A stretch of DNA of 64,000 nucleotides from the NCBI RefSeq assembly GCF_003704095.1, contig NW_020844050.1, positions 62,001-126,000 of the forward strand. The letters are read 5' to 3'. The DNA is from Pocillopora damicornis. Its lineage: Eukaryota. A model generated the notes under the pieces. The model was not told where the DNA came from. It searched no databases and saw only the letters and a program-made list of their open reading frames with translations. The position numbers and the translations under genes were made by a program. Below are positions 25,683 through 38,946 of this stretch, in pieces; within the stretch, counting starts at the first letter, position 1; every line of letters starts with the position of its first letter.

Positions 25683-27585
25683 CACTATTCTGCCAGAAGT
25701 AGACGGAATTTGGAAATCCCAGCGTTTACTGTACTCGTAGAAGTTCACAATTTTAATACAAGCCAAAGTTACATCGTCTTTCTGTCATCTTCGAAGACAC
25801 TTTACTTTGCAGAAAAATTGCCTGTTGAAAATGATTTCTAGATGCATAGCTCTCTGTTTCGAGATGTATTTTTAAGGATCACTCCAGAAATAAAGTAGTG
25901 TCAAGCCTCCAAGAAACCGCCCCAACAATTCCCAACTTGTTTCATTTCATTGGAGGTCACTCTGGAGGAAGTCCGCTGGCCTAGTCGCGGTCTCCCGCAC
26001 GTAGACACCGTCAGGGAGGACTTGCGTAATCCCATGTTCCTGACGCGATGAATAATCTGAGCTTCAAGACGATACAGATTTCCACTCATAATCTCGAGCT
26101 CTGCGTGTCTTTCCCCTTTAAACCTGCATTTATGGCTCACAGTCCCAGATTGCAGGCCCTCGTGTAATGTCAGGATTGGCTTCTGGTAATGTACACTTTC
26201 AGTGGGCAGGGGAAACCGTCCCCTCACAAAAATTTACCTTCAAGATAAATGTCCTTCTAAGGCGGATTTCGAAGAGCCAAATACATCGCACAAATAACAA
26301 CCGATCGATGATAAGTAGGCTTGAAATGAAGTTGTAATTTAAATAAACCATCATTTCATTGGTTCTGTTGGATTTTTTAAATCTACATCTCGTTTCAAAC
26401 TACGGAACAAGGTGTATTCCATAATCGCGCGCTCAACCATTTTTTGGGAAAAGCTCGTTTTTCGATGTTTCAGAATGTAACACTCACTGGGTCGATTATT
26501 CAAACAAAGTTTAGCCGTTGTTTAACAAAACCGCGTTCTACACTATCTTAAATTTAGCTGAATCTTTCATCTGAACACTTGTTTTAGTGAACAATGTCAA
26601 GCCGTGCCGAAAGCTCGCAGTGGTTGGACATTAATTTAATGAAAACCGCGGTTTGGGTTAGAATTCGTGTAAATAACTGTCCCTTTATGTTTTCATATTT
26701 ATTTTGATCAAAGTTTTTCAGCGCTGCAAAGACATATTGACGATGTGATATTAAACTGACAGGCCATGGAGTTTTAAGTTTGTTTACTTGAAATCTCGTC
26801 CCATTTGGAAAATTTTATGGATCTTTAAATTGAAATTGAAATAAAAATTCTCAACCAATTCAGGAAGTCAGGAGACCTTAGAAACTTTGAACGCAGTCGA
26901 TTTAAGGCTGAAGCAAAAAAAGTTACACTGACTAGCAAATGCGAGGCGAAATACGACTTACATTGTACTGAATACGAATCACGAAGTCTTAGTGATTTCG
27001 ATCTACTTCATGTCACTTTGAAAGTCTGAATTCCAACTTAAATATGAGATATCTTGAATTCTAATCTTAATGATTGTTTCTTACTCGGAACTAGTTAGAT
27101 CAAATGACCACCACAAACCGTATAATATCAAGCCAAGCTTTAATAGTTATTTGATCTAAAAGAAACAAATTTATAATTCGCAATCAGAACAAACGCAAAT
27201 CAAGTCTTAATCTCGTAGCTAAATTATAAAACTTCAATGTAAACTTACTTCGGTGGCGAGTCGTTACAACAGTCTCACATTACAGGTTAGCAGATTCTCT
27301 AGGTAAGCGGATTTAGAAACAGAAAAATTGATAACAAAATAACTTCTTTCTCACTTCGATTCCGGTGAAAAACTGACTTGAAACATAATAATCTAACGCT
27401 TTTAAATCAATCTATGGAATTAATGTCAATCACAATTCTTGTGATTGAGTATATGTCAACAAGAGGCAATGCCTATTTGATAAACGAAACAATGATGGCA
27501 TGCATACTCCCCCTTCCCCCCCCTACCTTAACCCCTCCTCGACCCACCCTCGAGAGTAACTTTCCGATGCTGTGACATTTTTTCC

Positions 27586-29858
27586 TCATTGTTGATTACT
27601 CATTTTAAAGTAGTAAAAAATAAAATCTCCAATAAAGAGAAGCATCGCTGAAAGTCCACAGACCTAAAACGAAAATAAACAAAGCCTGTTAGTCTTTATG
27701 TTTTCTTTTTTATAAGCAGCTGCGTGTAGCATTTCGAGAATATTTTAGCGAGAGATCAGATATATATCATGGTCCTGCTAACCTGAGGTAAGGTTAACGT
27801 ATTAATACCAGACTTCAGCGAAAATGATCTGATGATCAGCGGCGTGGTGAGTGAGAAGGAGGGGCTGAGGGGCGGGGTGAGGAAGGCGGGTGAGAAGGAG
27901 GGGCTGAGGGGCCGTCCTGGTATTTTCAGGCAAAGTAGGTTCATTGGCCTATCACTGAAATACTTGACGGTGATATAATGTCAGAAATAGTTCTGTTTTC
28001 CCTCTCATTTACTTTGGTTTACCCGTTTGTTTGAGAGATATCACCTCAGTTAAATTTAACTTCGCAAAGACCACAATGGAAGAAGAAAGAAAATAACCTA
28101 TTCAAGGGACTAACCGCTGACACCTGTAGGTGCCCACATGTTTGCCTCCCAATATGCCTCTGAGCTTGACAAAGGTTCATTTCCCCAAGCGGGGTGGGGT
28201 AATTAGAAAGGTGAGTAACTTCATTCAACAGTAAAGAGCTTGAAACGAGCAATAAAACGGCGCTAAAAATACTGATCCCCATATTCTGAAAAGAAGAAAA
28301 ACAATTTTAAGTATCTGTGAGGTCAGAAAAGTACGTTTTTAGCTATCGATTGTCGAATCATTTAGCCGAAAAATAATTACGACAATGACACGAAATATTA
28401 CAAACACGAAATTTACATGGCCTAAAACCATTCAACTTGTGATAAATGCGATTTATTGTATGATCAACAGGCAGTGGAAGAAACAGAAGTTGCATGTGCG
28501 AACCGTACGTTACAAAGCGGAGCGCCATGCAAATCAACCTGCAAGTAGGTGCCTGTAAACTGTGGCAAATCTGAGAAAACAGGATTGTAGCTGGTTTTTT
28601 GAGGCTCCCCAAGTCACACCAAGGGTACTTACCTCGCTGTCTCAGTGTCGACATTCACGCTGGCTTTTGCTTGAACGTCGTATAGACTATTCAGTGTTGT
28701 GCATTCTTGCCTTCTGAATTTTTGGTAGGTTTGCGTATTGTTTAGTTAAAAAACAAACAAACAAAAAACAAAATAAAACAAAACAAAAAAACAAGAACAA
28801 AAAAACCTGTCATCAAAGGGGGCGGGGTGGGATCAAGCGCTCCTCTACACCCACCTTAGCTACACCCCAACAAAAAAAGATTCTGTTAAGGGTCAGTGCA
28901 GCCTAAAAGAAATTCGAGTCTACAGAAGAATTGGTTAGCATCTACTCACCAGAATATTCCATTTTCTCCCGATTCTGTCGCTGAGCGACAACAAAGAAAA
29001 TACAAAAATCAGTGTGACGAGCAACCAAAGGATGATGGTGGAGGTCATGAAGAACGAAAGTCTCTCCATGTGATCAGGCCGGGAAATCTCCATATCATCT
29101 CTTGATTTAAAGAAGTTATTGTAAAGAGATATTATTACAAACGCTGATAGCAGCAGGATCTGTAAAAGAGTCGTGCGTGCAAGTAAGCTGGTCAAATTCT
29201 TTCAACTATGATAGCTAAATAGTTTCATACTCTAAATTAATTTAATTCAAACAGAAATATGACTTCTCTGAGGGGGCAAAAAAACGCAACGACCGGAGTG
29301 GAGTACCATCTTAATTTTAAATTTTCTTTCAGGCTGCAATTACACAAAAGGGAAGAGATTTTAAAAGCTGAGAAAAAATGATTGAAATAAGTCAATGGTC
29401 GAAACTCAGAACTCAACACAGCCTAAAGGAGGTATTTTCCATCAGACCCCGATGTAAAAATTCCAGGGTCTAATTATTATTATAAGATGATTTCGAGATA
29501 CTGGTATTTTACTGTAGAATATTAAAGGGGTATTAGCGAGGGAATACTTATGAGAAGTATGCTTTCTCTGTTATAGATGCTGTAGAGAAGCGAAAGGGCT
29601 TGGATCTCGTCGAGGGAACATCGCGCACAAAATGTGGTTTTTAATTGCCCCCACCATTCCCCCCTCCGTCGCATCTTTTCCAATTTATACCCCAAGGAGT
29701 AAAATATAGATATGTTTCCATTTAGCGATGACATAATTTTATGTAAATCATGTGAGAAAGAGAGTCATTCTCCAGACAATTAATTATTCTTAATGACTTA
29801 CAAATTCTGCAATCTTAGAAACTCCAGCAGGGGATCTCAAATATTCCGAGGCTGACAT
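27586..29858 (-). CDS. MARVEL-domain tetraspan membrane protein (CMTM/MAL/plasmolipin-like), 171 aa
   Basis: Four phase-0 GT-AG exons: 29858-29802 (MSASEYLRSPAGVSKIAEF), 29159-28950, 28285-28115, 27663-27586 (VCGLSAMLLFIGDFIFYY..*). Four hydrophobic segments and the YLRSP-G--K--E MARVEL start motif. Confidence 0.85.
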
Positions 29859-30967
29859 TTCGCTTAGGATTATTTTTTTAACCTTAGACGCAACGGAGTT
29901 CTTGAATGAGGATCTCTGGAAAAATCTGCCTGAAATCAAATTGACGTAGTATCTAATACTTTTTTAGTAGAAGAAATGCTGTCCTAATCAAATCTAAACA
30001 GAACAGTTGCACTAATATTATTTATCATCAAACATTCTATCTCAGAAAAAAATGAAAGGTAAGAGTTAGCTATGAGAGAGCAATACGAGTGAAAGAAGAG
30101 TACTACGGAACAAGTTGTTACTTATGAAATACGAGGAACCACAGCAAATGGCGCGTGTTGGTAAGCACCAAGATCTTCTCGCCTCTGAGTAAATGAGTGA
30201 TCTTACCTTAAAGTTAAGTTATTTTGTATCGCATACCTCTCACACGTGAACTCGTTTTTCCCGAGATGATTGAACAAAAAGCAAGCTTGATTTAGTTAAT
30301 TTTTTTTAAAAATATCTACTTACATCTTTCTGAAACTGGACACGTTTACTAAGATAACGACTTAATTCAATGCGTCTCTCCACCGTCAGACTATTTTTCC
30401 AGCTATTACTATCATTCCCACAGAGAACCAGATCACATATGAAATTAATTCTGCTAATGTCATAGGACCTAACGAGCTTTTCATTCACATAAAACCAATA
30501 AATGAAGTGTCCCCCGCATTTAATGTTCTCAGATATTAATACTGATGACCCCTCGCATTTTTTCTTACTCAAAGTTCAAAGTAACGAATATAGTCAATGC
30601 TATTCCTACAGTTAACACTTACTGATGTTAATATAAGGTGGGCGGAGTATGTTCGAATAATTGACTTCCCCCCACATCACTTAGCTTGATATAATATCGA
30701 CAACTTGACCATATCTTAGCTGCAACTACATCAGGGAAAACGGCAAGCACACTTCTAAAAACTTTATTTACGTAGTGTAATATACACAGCAAGTCTGGGA
30801 TCTTGACGCAAATCTCTCTGTTCCTTGATGTTTCGGGTATGCTCTCACATATTGAAGCATATGCTCTGCACAAACAAACGTTTAAATTAATTTCAGGTGT
30901 TGATCTTTCGAAAATGTACTTAATGAGGTTGCAACATCAAAAGCCATCTACATAGTAGCCTAAAGAT

Positions 30968-33900
30968 TTATTCGTTGCCAAGGCGATGTCCTTGGCCCCA
31001 ACCTCCCCAACCACCACCGCCTCCACCGTTGTCTTGGTTGCGTGGCCTACGGCTTGCAGGGGGAACACCAAATCCACTTACACCTCCCTGGCGGTTTGGA
31101 AGAAGCTTGTACCTATAAAAAGGAACAGAAATGACAAACAAAATTATTTGAAACAAATTCTATTCAATCACATCTATGAATCATAGCACTGGTTTAATCA
31201 ATAACCTCACTCCTCTGGCAAGAATATTACTTACTTATATAAAGGAACTATCGCTGGAAAGCATACAAATCGAGAGCAATGAGATAGTAAATCATCTATG
31301 CTACAATATATTTCAATCTAACCAAGTTAATTAAATAAAAAGTCGTGATAGTATCATAAGTACCCCTGATATGAGATCAAACCTTAGGAAACTACAGAAT
31401 CTGATGAAAAAGTGAAGTATTTTGTATAAAAGTATCTATCAAGTAAAAGAGCCTCCATGTGATCATTCAAGGTAAAAATATAAGCCAACAAAGCAATGGA
31501 AAATGTACAATGGAAAATGTACAATTGAAAATGTACAATGTAAAATCAACCAGACTACATACAGTATGGATGGTGTAGAGAGAAATCGCTGTCCTCCAAA
31601 GTCTTGTGGGTATTTGAACATGAGGAAGAAGTAAAGGTGTCCCACAAAGATACCAATTAGCTCCATAATACCACTGCAATCAAAATAGATAAAACTTGTT
31701 TAGGATTTGAAATGAAGTTTGCACAAAGGCAGAGTGAGTTCTGATACATACCCTCCCTGAATGACCATGTTAAATACAGCTAACACCCATGGAAGGTACA
31801 TTGCCTGAAACAAAATAAATTAAATTCAACAGTGCCCCATACAAGTCAACTTTATGCTGAGGGTGTCTGGCTCTTTCCAAATCTTTTTGAACATTTGAAA
31901 TTTGTTGAAAAAGGAAAAACATACACGATCAGGGTATGTTGGAGAAGTTTCAGGGTTACTGTTTGAAAACCTAAATGGCAAGTTTTTCATGTACTAGTAT
32001 ATTTGAGATCTATTTTGTAACAATTTGAGAAACAAAAAGAAAAATAAATGCCTTGGAGATCATAACTTTAAACCACCATTATGATTATCTTTTTCATTCT
32101 TTGTCAAAATTAAAGATGGGTAATAAGTCTGAAGGATTCTGTTACAAAAGAAAATAGAAATCTATACCTTAAACTGCATGCCAAACCAGAACTGTACAAT
32201 CGTATCTTTATTCACTTGACACCATACATAAAGGACACTTAAAACAAGTGGGTCCATGAGAAGCTAAAAAGCAAAAACAGACATTATGCTTTGGGACAAC
32301 AAACAATACAATATGACAAATACAGGCATTGGAAAAAGGAGAATACTTGTGCTTCTACCCACAAATCACTTTCTACATTTCAATGAAATCATGTGTTTTT
32401 AAAAAAGGTGTAACCTGAGGGTTGTGTGTGTGCTTTGAAGCATAAAGTAGTGGAGCTGTGAAAAAGAGTGGTCACAAAACTGCACAATAAGCAGGTTATT
32501 TTAGATGTGCAAAAAATTTGCTCCTATCCACTATCCTCCAACCAAAACATTTCTCAATGAAAACCCTGTTTATCTAAATGTTACAAACCACTGAAGAACA
32601 CTACAAATGATCATAATAAATGAGTATTGTGTGTTGTTCATAGAGGTTTTTCACACTATGAATATTTTTTTTTTTTGATTTATAAGGATTGAGGAAAAGT
32701 TTAAAAATATTGCAAACATTTGAACAGGACTTAATATTGATGTTCCTTACAGGGTATTCAATGATTGTAACCATGGATACATCTTTTAGTTTAAACTGTT
32801 TTCAGGTTAAACAAGTGTATAACTTACCCTCAAAGGCATAAGAAATCCTATGATCTTTTGTTAGTTATGAAGACAAGTCAAGGAACACTTCAACCCAGTA
32901 AACAAACATTACAATATTAACACAAAATAGCTTTTTATACCCAATTTCTAAATATCAACCATGCAAGAGAGAATAGGAAGAACTCTAGCTAAGGTCAAAG
33001 TAATGATTACATCACAAATAAACCTTTGCTTTAACTTAATTTTCTATATTAAATTCTTAGGAATTTGTATTTTCTTCTTTGTTGTTTTTCTTCCATGTCA
33101 TTTCTTAACAAAGATACAATTAAAATGATCCCATTGAAGAGCATCATAAACAAGTAATCAGCTGGCCGACCATCAAACAGGCCTGCAAGGAAAAAGAAAA
33201 AATGCTTAAGAAGTAATAACATTAGATTCACATCAAGCACTGATCTACAACTTCAATGTGAGGCAGTAAGATCATGAGAAGTTAAAACACAGTTCTGTAC
33301 AAGTTTATCATTGATGCAAGATACACCACAATATGGTTAATGCTCAAATGTGTCTGCAGAAGGGATGAGGGGGTTAAAAAGCTTCTGGGCTTTGATGTAT
33401 AGGCTTCTTAGAAAAGGAGGTTTAGGTAGTTAAAATTCATAAGGAGACAAAATTTGACTAGTTTTTATGTGCTTAATATCATTGTCGCTCAGATATCATT
33501 AGCATCATACACAGTATGCATTTCCTAAAATGGAAATCTATATGCAGGACTAAGATTTATTACAGAATATTCTGTAACAAATGCAAACTCTCCTACATCA
33601 GTGACAGTTTGACACAAGGCAGAGGAAGTGTAAGGGTTCTGAACAAGGGAGCTCAGTTGAGAGTGTTATTTATTCACATTCCCATACTTTCTCATTCTTG
33701 AGCAATGTAATAAATCATGATTATTTGATAAAGGAAAAGTGATAAGAAAGAAAAATGGCTTAGAACATATATATTTTAAGCAATAATCTAAACTAATATT
33801 GCAGATTATTTTAAATTTTCATACTAGATATTCTAGGTTAAACCAAATACCCTAATTAAACTAGCAGTTATCCACAGTCTCCACTGTAAATCAAACACTC

Positions 33901-35308
33901 TCTGGTCACCCCTGTTATTTCTTTGGCCAAGTAGTTTAAGTTAATTTCCCTACCTTAAGCAGATTTTACCTGGCTATTTCACACTTGTTTAAAACTTTCC
34001 ATAATCTTAACACTTATGAATTATATTTCTCACATTTCAACCAAAACTGAATGTGAGTCAACAAAGTTCAATTAAATTTTTTAGGAATTCAAGATTCTGC
34101 ATAAACCAGCTTTTTCATTATTTACTTGATAGAGTGAAAAAAAATAATTCACCTGTTTCAAGTCTTGTAGAGTATGAATACAGGAAGTATATATTAATCA
34201 AATAATGAAATCCAGTCTGAGGTGAAATAGGGTAGTATACAAATGATGTGACCAATCTCCATATCTGGAATGAAAATTAGAAGGGATCTGTAAGAATTAG
34301 TGTCTCCCTTTGAAATGCTCCATTCAAAAAGTAGATTACATTTTGCTGTCCCTCTGTTCAGTAATAAATCACATATGACGTCAAAATATGTAATCAACAA
34401 AAAAAGGCAAAGGAAGCACAGCCAGGTGTGTTACTGATGGTCTTACAACAGTGCTAATGTACCCTTCATATGACATATGTTGCAAGGGCAGTCAACAAGT
34501 AGACTCTATTCAATCTTTGACAAATTGTACCATTTAAACCCACTAAATATTACATGAACTCACACCAGCTGCAACACATGGTAGGGATTAAAAAAATGTT
34601 TCCCTCCAACAGATATCAATGGGAAAACCAGGCAAATTGCACTAACAAATTAAAGTAACATAATTTCCCAACACTATCTCTGGAGTATGCTGAATCTTGT
34701 AGCTGTATCAAAATCAACTGATCGTCACAGTGATAAGTAGACTTCCTACCCAAGTGAAGCTACACTTTGCAGAAAAATTAAGCCCATCCGCCATTTATGT
34801 CTTATTCTAAAAGCTTTTGTCTTCAACTTCCGGCTAATAACTATTGATCATATATAGAAAGAGAAAAAACTAAGTTGCCAAAAATTGATTACTATGACAA
34901 CAACCATCAAAAAATAGGTTGAGTGCGAATGGTTCATTCTTCATACGATACGAATTAATTAAGAAATTTACGGAGCAGTTAATTAGATTTTCTTCGATTT
35001 TTCATATCGCCCCTTTAAATGTCATTACAACTGAGTACTGTATCTACACCTGTATGCTAAATAAATCTTCGCAACTAATATTTTTTATTTCTCTTCAATA
35101 CCATTGTCTAACGTTCGTATGACTGCTTTCATATAACACACTGGCTTACCTGGAAACGGTGTACTACGCTTGCATAGTCCAGCATCATGTGAAAGCCATT
35201 TATGAGTCCTAACCTTCCAAGAAGGGGAAATACGATGGACAGAGAGAACCACCATCTTGTCACAATAGGTATACCTCGAAACCACGTTCCAAGTTCATTC
35301 TCTGCCAT
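30968..35308 (-). CDS. DERL1: Derlin-1, ERAD rhomboid pseudoprotease (255 aa)
   Basis: Exons 35308-35150, 34264-34153, 33182-33118, 32854-32828, 32263-32168, 31804-31752, 31673-31563, 31112-30968 (768 nt). Motifs IP.VTR.WF, QIWR, YSTRLETG.FDGRPADY, FKAMYLPWV, GHLYFFLMFKYP, GVSGFGVPPAS, and SHP box WGQGHRLG. Confidence 0.97.
32855..33117 (-). other. U12-type (minor spliceosome) GT-AG intron, DERL1 intron 3
   Basis: 5' site GTATCTTT, branch point TTCCTTGAC (32885-32877) ~23 nt from the AG, and no polypyrimidine tract (aactaacaaaag). Confidence 0.75.
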
Positions 35309-35429
35309 TCTTTCACGTAATAAAATATCCTTGAATTTTAGCCTATGGCAAGTTAATCACTAAAAGCGGATTGAAAATCGTCCAAAAATTATCGCAAAAG
35401 TCCTGATATAGCAAATTTCAAACAAAACA

Positions 35430-35478
35430 GACGTGGCGAAGAGTTACAGCACCGGAAGCGTTTTAGTGCATTGTGGGA
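35430..35478. promoter_or_regulatory. Candidate DERL1 promoter motifs: UPRE/XBP1-like, ETS, ZNF143/Staf
   Basis: GACGTGGC (35430-35437), CCGGAAG (35452-35458) and TGCATTGTGGGA (35467-35478; reverse complement TCCCACAATGCA) cluster 120-170 bp upstream of the ATG. Confidence 0.5.
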
Positions 35479-35916
35479 CATCTAGTGACAAGGCTTACGC
35501 GGTCGAGAAGGAACTGAAGGGCCGGTCGAACTAGCTAGGCGACAAAAAGTGGTAAGCTCGGCCGAATTTCGGGAAGGATTTTGCTTTAACAAATTTTGTG
35601 CACTGGAAAGTGACAATCTTATCTTTATGCTGAAAACGTCAATCAAATTGTTTGCTCTCTTTAAATATTCATTTCAGCGACGCGCGTTAAATTAAAGATC
35701 CGAGGTCATAACATCGGGCATCTTGCGCAGAAAGAAATTTAAAAAATACACAGAGATGGTTCTTCCAAGAAACATGTTTCTGATGGTTTGCAGTTTTCCT
35801 TGCGTTGCAATTGAATATCGCTCAAGGACAACTGCTAATTCTAACGTTGCTTTGCTACTGGAAAATTCACCTTCTTACAATGAAGGTGTTTTTAATGCTA
35901 CAGATGAATCATAGAA

Positions 35917-37011
35917 ATGCATTATGACGTCGCCGTCGATTTCGTCCATACTGGGTGCTTCCCCGACCAGCTGGATCTTGGTTCAAGATTAATTTCAACT
36001 GCAGAATTATATCAGAGAGCATTTTTTTTATCGTCAATTGAAAATGAACGAAATACATTCGATCGCCTCTTAGTAATCTTACGTCCTTTTCTTCAAAGGG
36101 AAGATACAAAAAAGAAACTGTATCAAACCAGAAAGTTCTTTCAATTGGAATTTATCGCCTATCGCACGGAGAATCATTTGAAAGCGCCGGTGTTGCTATG
36201 AATGTTGGAAAAACAAAAGAAATTGAAGCATTCATGGACGTCGTGGATGGGCTGTGTGAACTAAGGAACGACTACATTAAGTTTCCCACCACAGTGGCAG
36301 AAACAACAGCAGCATCTATAGCAACGTTCACGCCCCTTTCCAACCTTCCGAATATAGCTGGTGCAATTGACGGCACCCACATCAAAATCAAAGTACCAAA
36401 GGATAGTGCAGTCGATTATTTTAGCCGTTACCAACATGATGTTGTCGTGCAGTTGTCAACGGAAAAAGGGCTTTCATGGATGTTGCAGCTGGGTTTCCGG
36501 GAGCATGTATGATGCTTGAGCTCTTAGAAATAGCATAATTTACGAGAAAGCAGAGCATGGAGACATTCTTGATGCAGGACCAACAACTAGAGTCGATGGA
36601 AGCGAAATACAACCTTATTTAGTGAGCGATAGCGCCTATCCTCTTTCTCCGTGGCTTCAGAAACCCCTTCCTGAAGGTACCAGAGATCCGGATGAGATTC
36701 GGATTAACCAGGAGCTATCACCAGAGCGAGTGCAAGTCGAGTGTGCATTCGGAATTTTGAAAAGTAGATGGAGAATCCTTATGTGTATGGAAGAGTGCAG
36801 AGCTTAGCTAATTTCGAACATCATTTTGGTGTGTGCAGTTGTACATAGCTGTTGTATATTATTTGGAGATGAGTGGGAGGAAGAGGATGAAAACAATGAT
36901 CATGATCAAAGAGATAACGATGAAATTCCTTTAGATGGGGACAACATCAGAGAGATTCTTGAGGCCTACTTGAGTTCCATTTCATATGGTATCCAAAAGA
37001 ATGCGTTTTAA
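35917..37011 (+). mobile_element. Frameshifted PIF/Harbinger (HARBI1-like) DDE transposase pseudogene; element probably spans ~35520-37560
   Basis: Collinear fragments in different frames: YIKFP, GAIDGTHIKI, SDSAYPL.PWL, RV.VECAFGILKSRWRIL, VCAVVHSCCI. Confidence 0.9.
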
Positions 37012-38946
37012 TTACATTACTATGAAGATCTGTTTAAAATCTCTCGGCCTTGAAATTTTTTATAATAATTATATAGCTATAGCTAAAAGTTCATGTGTTC
37101 TCAAAGATCATTTTCAGAATGTCTAGCAACATTATGTTCAATCACTGCGATACTCCTCGATTGTCAAAAATTACAGTCAAAAGTGATATTAATTAAGAAT
37201 GTATTAGATCCTTTGTATTAAAAAAAACTTTCAGTATAATCAAAACTTTAGCAAGGAAAGCGAGCAAAATTTTCTCTGTTCACGCTAGATGATCTTAATG
37301 CAAGAACTCTTCAGTTTGGCGCGCTTTTGAAATGAACATGATACATGTACGCGCGTTAATGGAGTATGGAAGGTGTGAATGAATTTTGTGACACTAAACA
37401 CAAACGTGCGATATCATCGCCTGACAAAAAATTGGCGAGCTCCGAGGGCTCGCCGATTTTTTGTAGCGGCTTCTTTGAACTTAAGTAGAGTGGGACAAAA
37501 TTTTGTCCAGGTGAAACACGCCGGTCGCACACGTCTACAATACGCGTTAACAGAATTTTTTGCAAAGTAAACAAAAAAATCTGCCCAGTGCCTTATATAT
37601 CTGATTAGACGTTTTGGCTTGTGGGTATTTCGTAGGTACAGGAGCACACACATGGCGGCCACGTAAGCAAAGTAGTGTTGAAAAGCGAGGACCACCATGG
37701 TCAAGTATTTTTGCTGCTCAGCCTTCAGTACAAATTACCTTCTGAACGCGTAACGTAAACGGGGGACCGGTCAAGTTTTTTTGTTTGCCCCGGGACCCTT
37801 AAATCGAGCTGCTTACATTAGAATTCTTTGGAATTCTGATGTAAACGGGAGCATTGGATGCAGAAATACACGTACTGTATTGCCTGAAAACCCTGTCCCA
37901 GCCTCCCAATAAGTCAATTAATTACCTATGTTTTCGCTGTCAAGACTGGATACGGCCGCCGAAGAGGCTTGGGTCTATGGTTAATTTTCTCTCTACAGCG
38001 GGTGGTATGGTCAATTTATGAACATCACTTACCCCATTCCCACAGTGACACTCTGTTTTGCTCCATTTCGGCGAGGATTTTCATTATGTTCGCGGAGCTT
38101 TAATTTCGGGATTTTTTTTATAATCGCAAAGAAAGTGAAACCAAGTACCGGCGAATTTAAGTACGAGTAAAGTACTAGCATTTTGATAGCAGCTCTTTTG
38201 ATGAACGTTATTATATTCGCATAATATACACAATGTTTCTGAAATTTTAATTTATAACACAACAAAATGGAAACTTTTTCGTTTTACCTGTATTTCAGAG
38301 CGAGTTTAGACCTTGATGAAGGATTTTAGCTTGTTTAGAATACTGTGGTTACTCGAAAACATCGCTGAAGGCTAGTGCCTCATTTGTTACCAAAACAATA
38401 CAAGCTGTTTACCGCAGACTATTTGCAAGTAAAATAACTTGGCTAAAGATAACACGCCGTTTGATTTTTGTTTAAGTGTTCAAAATTAAAATAGTAACAG
38501 CTTGTCTATTTTTAGTACGAACGGTGTTAAACACGAATTTTATCCGTCGAGTTTACTCTTTTACTGTAAACACCCTGCCTCTTTGACGAATTTCTGATGA
38601 ACAATAGAAGACAAATGAATAAGTGAATTGAAAACACAAAACAATCTTCTCAAAGTATTTTTTGGCAAACAATAATTTACGAGTTTGATAATATTACAGC
38701 ACTTGAATTCGTCAAGCTCTGGCCAAGATCAAAAGTTATCGTTGATTTTAAAATACTTAATCAGTAACTGCTGGCTGGAGACAGATTTCACTCGTTTTAG
38801 ATTGATTTGGTGTTTGGGAAACGAGATCAAAGGGTCCAAAGTCTCGTACGTTTAAGTTCTTGCAAGAGTTCATAGTCCTCTTATTCAAATAAACGTCCGC
38901 TTATAAAGGGTGGGGAAGGTGAGGAAAAGAATTTAATCTCAATCAG

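Noticed and set aside
25901-26227. 108-aa ORF upstream of the NLR
   Set aside because: GTG start and no domain features; more likely promoter or 5' UTR sequence.
30628-30873. 81-aa ORF between DERL1 and the MARVEL gene
   Set aside because: Non-ATG start and no homology; probably DERL1 3' UTR or a non-coding exon.
35917-37011. Domesticated HARBI1 gene
   Set aside because: Multiple frameshifts and stops without splice sites to rescue them.
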